A stretch of DNA of 18,217 nt from Candidatus Bilamarchaeaceae archaeon (GTDB lineage: Archaea > Micrarchaeota > Micrarchaeia > Anstonellales > Bilamarchaeaceae). Under the pieces are notes generated by a model that searched no databases, was not told the origin of the DNA, and saw only the letters and a list, made by a program, of their open reading frames with translations. The stretch spans positions 1 to 18,217 of the forward strand of contig JAWCKZ010000014.1 of the NCBI GenBank assembly GCA_038851325.1. Direction: 5' to 3'. Positions 6,195 to 13,657 of this stretch are shown one piece after another; positions within the stretch are counted from its first letter, which is position 1; each line of letters starts with the position of its first letter. Both the position numbers and the translations under genes were made by a program.

Positions 6195-6390
6195 TCATTT
6201 TTTAATTTTGGAAAATGGCGTTACATTTCCTTTCTTTGCCTCGGCTACCAGTTCGTCCAGCTTCTCGAGCTCTTTCTCGCTGACCTTCTCCTCGGGAATA
6301 AGAAGATGCTCCAATAATGCCTATTCTTTCGTTTATTTTTTTGATTTCTTCATATACCATGTCAATAGTCACGTTCTCGTATTTCCCCAT
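6195..6390 (-). pseudogene. Archaeal RelB-like antitoxin with a +1 frameshift near 6320
   Basis: SD GGTGA (6396-6400) then ATG 6390. Removing one G at ATA-G-GCA gives 64 aa MGKYENVTIDMVYEEIKKINERIALLEHLLIPEEKVSEKELEKLDELVAEAKKGNVTPFSKIKK*, ending 9 nt before the toxin start. Confidence 0.72.
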
Positions 6391-6443
6391 CTGTTTCACC
6401 TTGTTATTTTTTCTCTTAGTTTGTTTTTATTCCTATCGATTCA

Positions 6444-6632
6444 GGGACACGACCATTGTGTTGCAAATTACTATGTTTACTTATGGGCGCTCGTCACGCA
6501 GCAAGGCTGCTACTCGCTTTCCTCTCTTATAAAATACCAATATGGCTTTCTTAAGGTTAAGCAGAGTGCTCACTTCGTTCGCGCGGTCTTTGTAGATGTT
6601 TTCTAAGCAATTTGCAACATGCTTGGGACACG
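6444..6632. repeat. Non-coding element bounded by 11-bp inverted repeats and flanked by 8-bp direct repeats (MITE-like or structured RNA)
   Basis: IR TGTTGCAAATT (6459-6469)/AATTTGCAACA (6609-6619); DR GGGACACG (6444-6451, 6625-6632); internal hairpin GCAGC-AAG-GCTGC (6498-6510). Confidence 0.5.
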
Positions 6633-6674
6633 TTCTTTGCAGATACGCAAAAGAAAGAAAAAAGCGCTTTCCGA

Positions 6675-8885
6675 TTATTCGGATTTCTTGCCGATGTAGA
6701 ACACTGAGTAGCCCACCCGGTTCGCGATATCAAAGACGACCTGCGTGTCATCTATCGTCCTGAAGACCGAGCCGCGTTCTGTTATTGTGCCTTCGTCTAT
6801 GAATCTGGATGTACCGCGTTCCTGAACCGGTCCGGCAGCCTGATAGACAACATGATTGCTGCCGAATACCTGCTCGCCTGTATCAAGATACCTTACATTT
6901 AGGTTAAACGAGTTGCCGTCAGTCGCGAAGTATGTGGCTGCGTCGCTCAAAGAAACATCGCCTCCGGCGATCTCCTTTATTTTGAATACAAAGCTTGGCG
7001 TATGATCAACCGCCCTTGCCGGATCAACGTATCCTGCGCTGCCATCTTCCCAGCGTGCCCAATCTATGCTTACCGCAGGTTCGTCAGGCTCACCTGCGAT
7101 CAGATAGATCACCAATCCCGGTTCGTAATCAGCCGCAAACCAACCTCCGCTTGGGTATATTGCAACTAGTGCACCCGGTTCAAATACATCCACATCTCCA
7201 GAAAGTTTGAATTCTGCACCGCTTATGGCTATATACACTTCATTTGTTTCCGGTGTAACAAAAGAGGCAAACGGAATTTCGCTAACGACCTTCACATACG
7301 GTGCGTATATCTTGCAATAATCGTCGTCGACATAATATTCAAAATCGTTATTTTTTTCAAGCGTAAATGTCAGTGTGCTTCTCTCATCGTTGCCGATGTC
7401 AAGCCCATCGTAGCACAGGGATAATTCCGCGTATGGGAAGTTGAAACCTTCTCCCTTAGGCAGTCTCGCGTCCCCGCTGCTTGAAATGTCTGCAACATCA
7501 TCTGCGTAGATGCCGACCGTCCTGAGATGGTCCGGGTAGGGATTTGCCGATATGGCAGTAGCATCCTTATTCTTCCATCCTACAAATGTTTTCCACTCGC
7601 GGAATCTGTCATAACCTGGATCAAGATGCTGGCCATCCTTGATTTTTATTTCATCCGAAAGGATGGATATATCTGCCCATACAGCCCCAAAGCCATGACC
7701 GGGGGCAACTTTCCAGACATGCAATCTGTATACTCTTCCATCGATGTTGAATTCCTTTGTCTGTCCCGGAAAGACCTTGTCATTCTTCAGAACATTTCCA
7801 TATTCATCAAGCACTGAAATAATCGCTGCATGAGTACCGTCATGCTCTTCAACATCGTCAAGCTTGAACCTCAAACAGTCGATAGGAAGGGCTTCATCCT
7901 TGTTAACTATTCCGCCCATTAGTTCCTTTCCGAGTTTTACATAACCACCGTTCTGGACTCTGATCTCGTTTGTCACGCTGATGACAGGTGGCGACATCTC
8001 TGTAATGAGCCAGTCACTGCCAAGGAATTGTATTCTGACTCTGTGCGTTTCTGTCGCATAAGTGTAATCTGCATCCTCTGCTCCACTCTTGCAGTATGTG
8101 TAATCCCCTCCTACGGATGTTGTACAAACAGGAATTCCGAAAATATCAGATTCTCCCCCGAATTTCATTGTATAAGCAACGAATCTAACGTCTCCGACAA
8201 CATCGTTCACAGGTTCATCGTAATAACTGCTACCCCTTATCCATATGTTCTGCGTTTCTGTGTATGTTTTGTTTGTGTCGTTGTCGCGTATCGTAGGCGA
8301 AGCCAAAGAGGGGAACATCGCATCGGTTATTCTATACAAATACGTTTCCATTGGTCCTATCGTTCCACCCATACCATCAGAAAACGGATTTGCGTTCTCG
8401 CTTGTTTCTGCTGTTTCAAATGGGTATTCAGCATTAGTATTTCCAACTTCATTCGGAACCCTGTCATCAAGTGTCCTGTTAAGATAATCGCCAATAAGAT
8501 TATTTAGCGCATATTTTTCGGCAAGATTTTCGCACGGTGCTGAAGCTTCTGTTTCCGGGATATCCACAACCTCGCACCCTCCCTGCGCATCATCTTCAAC
8601 TCCGTCACGAACATCGAGTGCATCTTCATGACTTACATCGACAGGGACGTCACGCATGTGGGGATCGCCAACAAGCTCAATCCTGCTGCACGTGCATTTC
8701 GGAGTAGCGAATGCAACCATTACAGGAACAGAAACTATGCATGCGATCTTCTCAAATCTCTCGCCGAACTTTGCGGCGATATCATATAATTTGTCATACC
8801 ATTTATTTTTTCTTCCAGCATTTCTCTCCCCCTCAGCTTCGAGAGCGAAGGGGCCCGTGCTCTCAGTATCATATTTCAATTTCAT
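6675..8885 (-). CDS. S-layer-like acidic surface protein, 736 aa, with an N-terminal membrane anchor
   Basis: SD GGGGTGA before ATG, hydrophobic IACIVSVPVMVAFAT, acidic linker, then a beta-rich D/E/G/T region with RIQFLGSDWLI...VKLGKE...FKLDDV resembling archaeal S-layer domains (recognised by eye). Confidence 0.65.
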   Translation of the reverse strand: MKLKYDTESTGPFALEAEGERNAGRKNKWYDKLYDIAAKFGERFEKIACIVSVPVMVAFATPKCTCSRIELVGDPHMRDVPVDVSHEDALDVRDGVEDDAQGGCEVVDIPETEASAPCENLAEKYALNNLIGDYLNRTLDDRVPNEVGNTNAEYPFETAETSENANPFSDGMGGTIGPMETYLYRITDAMFPSLASPTIRDNDTNKTYTETQNIWIRGSSYYDEPVNDVVGDVRFVAYTMKFGGESDIFGIPVCTTSVGGDYTYCKSGAEDADYTYATETHRVRIQFLGSDWLITEMSPPVISVTNEIRVQNGGYVKLGKELMGGIVNKDEALPIDCLRFKLDDVEEHDGTHAAIISVLDEYGNVLKNDKVFPGQTKEFNIDGRVYRLHVWKVAPGHGFGAVWADISILSDEIKIKDGQHLDPGYDRFREWKTFVGWKNKDATAISANPYPDHLRTVGIYADDVADISSSGDARLPKGEGFNFPYAELSLCYDGLDIGNDERSTLTFTLEKNNDFEYYVDDDYCKIYAPYVKVVSEIPFASFVTPETNEVYIAISGAEFKLSGDVDVFEPGALVAIYPSGGWFAADYEPGLVIYLIAGEPDEPAVSIDWARWEDGSAGYVDPARAVDHTPSFVFKIKEIAGGDVSLSDAATYFATDGNSFNLNVRYLDTGEQVFGSNHVVYQAAGPVQERGTSRFIDEGTITERGSVFRTIDDTQVVFDIANRVGYSVFYIGKKSE

Positions 8886-8929
8886 CCTTTCACCCCGGAT
8901 ATTATTGTGTTTAATGATATAACAAAAGG

Positions 8930-8937
8930 TTTATAAA
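8930..8937. promoter_or_regulatory. Palindromic TATA box TTTATAAA between divergent genes
   Basis: Self-complementary octamer 31 nt before ATG 8961 (+) and suitably placed to give a short SD-containing leader for ATG 8885 (-). AAAAGG lies upstream on +. Confidence 0.6.
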
Positions 8938-8960
8938 GATGAACCTCCCTTAATATAATT

Positions 8961-9323
8961 ATGTGTGGAAAGATGGGTACAAGTGAAACTACAAAACCGG
9001 CTGAAGTAGTCGAGGCAAGAAAGGCAGGGCTAGAGAGAAGGCTGCAGAATATCTGGGCAGAAAAAGGATTGGTTGAAAGATGTCCAAAATTCGCTCCAAG
9101 CCAGACTGGACGGCTTCCACAAGTTGTGGTGGATGCGATCACTGCGAATATAAATGTAAGGTATGAAGGGGTGCAGGAAAGCCTCAGCGGAAATTTCCAT
9201 CTGTTCACCAATATGGATACGAATAGTACAAACTACGGTACAACGTTTGCAATAAAAAGTGAAAACGCAGAAGAAATAATCGATATTTTACGTCAAAAAA
9301 TTGGCAAGGTGAATAAGAAGTAA
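8961..9323 (+). CDS. Hypothetical soluble protein, 120 aa (alternative start 8973)
   Basis: Open frame filling the gap behind a TATA box with normal composition; no family recognised. Confidence 0.7.
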   Translation: MCGKMGTSETTKPAEVVEARKAGLERRLQNIWAEKGLVERCPKFAPSQTGRLPQVVVDAITANINVRYEGVQESLSGNFHLFTNMDTNSTNYGTTFAIKSENAEEIIDILRQKIGKVNKK

Positions 9324-9330
9324 ACACATA

Positions 9331-9370
9331 AGGAGAGAATTGGTAGACCGCAAGGGCTCCAACCTCTCCT
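9331..9370 (+). terminator. 40-nt GNRA-capped hairpin in the 3' UTR (terminator or stability element candidate)
   Basis: AGGAGAG/CTCTCCT, TTGG/CCAA, AG/CT, CC-GCAA-GG, starting 7 nt after the stop codon; TTTTATT follows shortly after. Confidence 0.5.
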
Positions 9371-9554
9371 CCCACGCTTTTATTCCAAAAAGCAAGGAAT
9401 ATTTCCTGTAAAAATTTAAATTTCTATTTTTCATCGTCGATAAAAAAAATCCATTAAAAACTATATAGTATATCAAAAGCATCAAGCAACAAGCGTACAT
9501 TAACAGAATAAGGACTACAAAATATTTTTATACACAAAGCAGAAAGGTGGTATT

Positions 9555-9986
9555 ATGAAAGCCAGTAATAGAGCAGTTTTTGTTCTTCTTATCATAATAG
9601 GCCTTATCATCATCGGGATCGCTATTTACAATATAACCCAGGAAAAAGAGGAAAAAGGCACAGAAAAAGATGCAAGCGCGAACGCAACAACTAAAGAAAA
9701 CACACCAAAGGATAAAGAATCCTGCGAAGCTTTGGGGGGCGTATGGAAGAAAATCGGCATCTCGCCTATCGAAGTATGCAATCTACCAACCTCAGATGCC
9801 AACAAGGAGTGCACAAGTTCAGATGAATGCGAGGGCATCTGCGTAGCGGAGTTATCACAAGAAGAACTAGATAAAATCAAAAGAGAGACTATCCGCACCA
9901 AGGGCAGATGTACAGCCTGGAGGATTGTTGTAGGTTGTCGTGCCGTAGTTGAAAATGGAGAGGCTAGACTTATCTGCTTGGATTAA
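9555..9986 (+). CDS. Membrane-anchored small Cys-rich protein, 143 aa
   Basis: SD AGGTGG, N-terminal TM helix, charged linker, 8-Cys domain CEALGGVW...C...DANKECTSSDECEGIC...GRC...GC...ICLD. Confidence 0.85.
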   Translation: MKASNRAVFVLLIIIGLIIIGIAIYNITQEKEEKGTEKDASANATTKENTPKDKESCEALGGVWKKIGISPIEVCNLPTSDANKECTSSDECEGICVAELSQEELDKIKRETIRTKGRCTAWRIVVGCRAVVENGEARLICLD

Positions 9987-10042
9987 CTTACGCATTCGCA
10001 GCAATGAGGTAAGATTTAAAATATATCACCAGAAAGCTATCC

Positions 10043-11239
10043 ATGGACCCCAGCACAAAAATAAGATTGGTTAGGTTTGGGATAATCACACTGGTAATTG
10101 CGGTTATAGCACTTATAATAATCGGAGTTGCGCAGGTGAAATTTCCTAAAATAGAGACAACCGTACCTAAAGAGAACATAACCTCAGAGATAGCAGAACA
10201 TGAAGGCACTGAGGTAATCGAAGTCGAATGCAACGAGGCATGCGTTTATGAAAAAGGGCTTCAGAATGTAAGTTATTGCGCACAACTTGAGAATGCAACA
10301 CTTGCAGAAAGATGCTACGAACGCTGGGCAAACGAAAGTCTCGAAGCATGTATAAGGTTGATCGGAGATGAAAAAGAAGCGTGTATTTTGCTTCATGCAA
10401 ATCGCACAAAGGATTTGACGATATGCGAGCTTGCAGAAAATAAAACAGCCTGCAGAATAGTAGTCGAGCCCTGCTATGCTTACATAGGAAGCAAACGAAA
10501 CCTTTGTCTTGCGCTTTCAAAGAATGTTGTGGCATACTGTGAAGGTGAAGAGGACTGCATATTTAATTATAGTATAACAAAAAACGATGGCAACGCATGC
10601 GAAGAGATAAAGGGAAATGCAAAGAGATTTGCATGCTTGTCTATAATCGAAGATAAGAACCGCTGTGGCGAGTTGGCTTTGGGTGCAGAGCAGGATTATT
10701 GTTTAGAGTTATATGCTACTATAACAAACAACAAAAATATCTGCTATGAGGTCAGTAAAACAAGCGATTATGCACTTCGCTGTTTTTCCTATTTTGCTGG
10801 ATTAACGCGCGACCCAAACTTCTGCGTAGAGGGCGGATTTGAACTTGACGAACTCTGGCGTTGTTACATAAATTACTCTCTCACGACTGGAGACCTGGAA
10901 GGATGTAATAGAATACACCCGTTGGCGACTACAAACAGGTATATGTGTTACGGTCAGGTAGCAAAGGTGTATGGAAACCCGCACGCATGTGATTATCTAA
11001 ACGATAGCTATACGTTGGGTATGAGGTCTACATGCTATGAAGGTTCCATTCTTGGTAATAAAAGACTCAATTATACCTATTGCGCTGATGTTGTAGTGGA
11101 AAAGTGGAGAAACAAGTGCTACACAGAATACGCGAAAATGAACAACGACCCAAGCGTTTGCGATTATATCCCAACAACGCCGGAGAGGGGCACGTGCGTG
11201 GATGCATGGCGGGTGTATACAAATTCTACAATAACTTAA
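10043..11239 (+). CDS. Membrane-anchored Cys-repeat surface protein, 398 aa
   Basis: N-terminal TM helix followed by about a dozen 20-30 aa repeats of the type D/NxxxC..I.....R..CY...A; many N-x-S/T sequons. Confidence 0.88.
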   Translation: MDPSTKIRLVRFGIITLVIAVIALIIIGVAQVKFPKIETTVPKENITSEIAEHEGTEVIEVECNEACVYEKGLQNVSYCAQLENATLAERCYERWANESLEACIRLIGDEKEACILLHANRTKDLTICELAENKTACRIVVEPCYAYIGSKRNLCLALSKNVVAYCEGEEDCIFNYSITKNDGNACEEIKGNAKRFACLSIIEDKNRCGELALGAEQDYCLELYATITNNKNICYEVSKTSDYALRCFSYFAGLTRDPNFCVEGGFELDELWRCYINYSLTTGDLEGCNRIHPLATTNRYMCYGQVAKVYGNPHACDYLNDSYTLGMRSTCYEGSILGNKRLNYTYCADVVVEKWRNKCYTEYAKMNNDPSVCDYIPTTPERGTCVDAWRVYTNSTIT

Positions 11240-11687
11240 AAATTCCATCTGCAACGAGATGAGAGAAATAACCCAGAAAGCCGAAAAGCGCGAATGTAAA
11301 ATCAGATATCGTTAGAAGTAAAAGACCGTATATGACTGCGAAGGCAAGAGAGTGTATAATCCCTCTGTGTTTGGGTTTTAGGTAAGTCAATACTATGGTG
11401 TACCCTCCCACAAGCGCAAGCGCGGATGTCAGTATTGTCTGCCATGCATCCAGTGAACAAGAGAGATAAGCGCATCTGGAAGATACGGAAAACAACAGGG
11501 CAAACAGAGGCACCGTTAAGTCAGCGATTCTCCTTATCTTGCTTGAATCATGATCGATGTCAGGTGCAAGAGCAGATACACCAGCCACCAAACTGATAAG
11601 AATTATCATGAATGGCGAAAAGCCGAGCAGGGCTGAAAAAATGCTGCCAAGAGCAGCGCCTATAAAAAAATGGGCTGTCCAGTTCAT
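11226..11687 (-). CDS. YdjM/DUF457-like membrane-bound metal-dependent hydrolase, 153 aa
   Basis: Motifs TAH, APDIDH, HRGIIHS and GYFSHLVAD with TM segments; overlaps the convergent gene by 14 nt. Confidence 0.9.
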   Translation of the reverse strand: MNWTAHFFIGAALGSIFSALLGFSPFMIILISLVAGVSALAPDIDHDSSKIRRIADLTVPLFALLFSVSSRCAYLSCSLDAWQTILTSALALVGGYTIVLTYLKPKHRGIIHSLAFAVIYGLLLLTISDFTFALFGFLGYFSHLVADGIFKLL

Positions 11688-11777
11688 ACAGAGAGTAAGA
11701 ATGGATTAAAAATTTAAATTCACCTCTTGTCTGGCCTTCAATCTGCGTTCGATCGTTCGACCGGTAGTTCTAATCAT

Positions 11778-13511
11778 CTAACCACAGGTCCCGCTTGAGG
11801 TACTTGAACCTGTCCCGTTTATAGGTCCAAAACCAGGCTGAATATTATAAACTAGTGTCTTGTTACATGCCGCAGGTGGTTGCGAGAGGACGTCGCAAAC
11901 AAAATCCTTTATAACCTCTGGATCTCTTGCAAGTGTAATCTGCCGTCCCATAAAAACAACTGTTGGCGATCCTCTGACTTCATACTGCTCGTTCTCATTT
12001 TTATAAATTGGAAAAGAGGTGCCTGAGATGCCATATGCGGACCTTGTAGAAGCAGCGCAATTATCTATTAGGTTTTTATCGAGATTAAGAGTTGAGATAC
12101 ACTTTGTACTGTCACCGTTATTTTCTATGAAGCATCTCAAGAATTGCCATTCCTTTGAAGGGAAGTTCTGACCAACGCAGTACTCTATAAGATTATCAGT
12201 AGTTTCTATATCACCATGCATGATATATGATACAAACTTGTTGTTGACGTCGAGCTTTCCAGTTGGGCCCAGGGTTTCGATCACTGGTATAACTGCTTTT
12301 TGCATCTGCAGTCCATATGGGCAATGCGACATCACATAAATATCGATTGTTACATTATCAATTTTCTTTCCTGTATAAAGCTCTGGCGTTGCGTAGGTTA
12401 TATAGCCAACATAAGAATCCCCGTTTCTTTTCAAGTATCTTGTTACTCCGCTACCTGTAACTGGCTTTCCAACCAGAGATGAAATTTTTCTATTTTGCTC
12501 AGCAGTTAGATTATCTGATTGAATGACTAAGAGCGGAAGGAAGAGCTCACCTGTTTTTTCTGAGATGTTAACCGCTGCTTCACCGCTAACCGGCACATAT
12601 GTTATGTTAAGCAGCAATCCCTCTGCAGAAAAACCTTCAAACACTCCCATCCAGCCATTTGGATTTGATTCCGGAACATAGGAAATGGCATTTATAAATG
12701 GTTCGCTGCCTATGTAATACGCAGCTGTCATGGACTGCGGATATATCGCGTATCTTGTCTCAATCTTCTCAAATTTCAGGTTACCGCCTGCGTTGTTCAC
12801 TTCTTGAACAAACATATCTAAAACGATTTGAGAATCGACATCTGCACTATCTGTCAGCACGACTGGTAGGAAGTTTGCCTCTGTAGATTCTCTTATCTTC
12901 TCTATATCGCTTTCTTCAGCTATCTTAGTGGTATAATTTATTTTAACTCCATATGAACCGATAGCAGTCAGCAACCGATCGAATACGGCTGGGTCAGACG
13001 CGTTATGTACATACAATGTCGCTTTTACAGAAGGCGGCTCTGGAAGATCTGCACACTCTTGGAACGCGTATACGTCGCATATGTTGTTTGCTATAACGAG
13101 TGGGTTAAGAGAGTAATCCACTTGTTTATATTCCTCGTGCTGATAGAGGTACATAGGACTAGTCGCACCATTCTGTATAAGCATTAGAATATCATTCATA
13201 TTTCGCATATAATTCTCGCTGCCATCCCTTTCTATGCATCTGCGCTCAGATTCAGTTGGGATGTTATATTGCAATCTTGCAAAATCAACGCATCTTTCTT
13301 CGATCTGAACGCTGGGAAGATGAATCTTCACTCTTGAAATGATTCGATCCTTTGTATTTTCTCCGCTTGGATCGTAGAAAAGCACGATCTTTGGCTGTTC
13401 GCTGATATTTGTCTGACTTGTAGTTTCATTTGTTGGAGGTTGGATACAACCAGGACCTAGAAATAGGAGGCTAACGCTTAGTATAAGTAAGACCATTGCA
13501 ATTCTTTTCAT
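11778..13511 (-). CDS. Exported lipoprotein with a C-terminal thioredoxin-fold (GILT/DsbA-like) domain, 577 aa
   Basis: Signal peptide ending LGPGC; C-terminal domain VTIDIYVMSHCPYG...MHGDIETTDNLIEYC...FLRCF...VRGSPTVV (cis-Pro loop). Confidence 0.8.
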   Translation of the reverse strand: MKRIAMVLLILSVSLLFLGPGCIQPPTNETTSQTNISEQPKIVLFYDPSGENTKDRIISRVKIHLPSVQIEERCVDFARLQYNIPTESERRCIERDGSENYMRNMNDILMLIQNGATSPMYLYQHEEYKQVDYSLNPLVIANNICDVYAFQECADLPEPPSVKATLYVHNASDPAVFDRLLTAIGSYGVKINYTTKIAEESDIEKIRESTEANFLPVVLTDSADVDSQIVLDMFVQEVNNAGGNLKFEKIETRYAIYPQSMTAAYYIGSEPFINAISYVPESNPNGWMGVFEGFSAEGLLLNITYVPVSGEAAVNISEKTGELFLPLLVIQSDNLTAEQNRKISSLVGKPVTGSGVTRYLKRNGDSYVGYITYATPELYTGKKIDNVTIDIYVMSHCPYGLQMQKAVIPVIETLGPTGKLDVNNKFVSYIMHGDIETTDNLIEYCVGQNFPSKEWQFLRCFIENNGDSTKCISTLNLDKNLIDNCAASTRSAYGISGTSFPIYKNENEQYEVRGSPTVVFMGRQITLARDPEVIKDFVCDVLSQPPAACNKTLVYNIQPGFGPINGTGSSTSSGTCG

Positions 13512-13601
13512 TTCAAAACACCTCTGCTGTATTTACAGAATACTATACTTACGAAAAGTCCATTTATATTACTTCGCTTTTTTCCAATTTACTTTTTTCT
13601 A

Positions 13602-13630
13602 ATTTAAATACAAAGTATTTAAATACAAAG
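13602..13630. promoter_or_regulatory. Duplicated TATA-containing 14-mer ATTTAAATACAAAG upstream of the Lon-like gene
   Basis: Exact copies at 13602-13615 and 13617-13630; their junction forms the palindrome GTATTTAAATAC (13615-13626). Confidence 0.6.
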
Positions 13631-13657
13631 CCACTAATAACTCGTCTGTTGAGGCAC

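Noticed and set aside
6202..6399. 65-aa ORF as an intact gene
   Set aside because: Its second half is the wrong frame of a frameshifted antitoxin-like gene; the +1 frame gives a coherent acidic helix ending next to the toxin start.
6510..6530. RNase P RNA (GAGGAAAG on the - strand)
   Set aside because: It is not followed by UCC, and no matching 3' P4 strand is present.
6208..6606. 132-aa and 71-aa ORFs on the + strand
   Set aside because: Phe/Ser-rich antisense shadows of the antitoxin remnant and of non-coding DNA.
8856..8885. Similar N-termini of the S-layer-like protein (MKLKYDTEST) and the Lon-like ATPase (MKIKYESTAE)
   Set aside because: Short and low in information, with no extended similarity; probably chance.
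9331..9370. Archaeal SECIS element
   Set aside because: The GAA/A internal loop geometry does not match, and the upstream ORF has no in-frame UGA.
13496..13657. 54-aa N-terminal extension of the Lon-like ORF
   Set aside because: It starts at TTG inside the divergent gene and runs through AT-rich promoter DNA; family-like sequence starts at ATG 13658.
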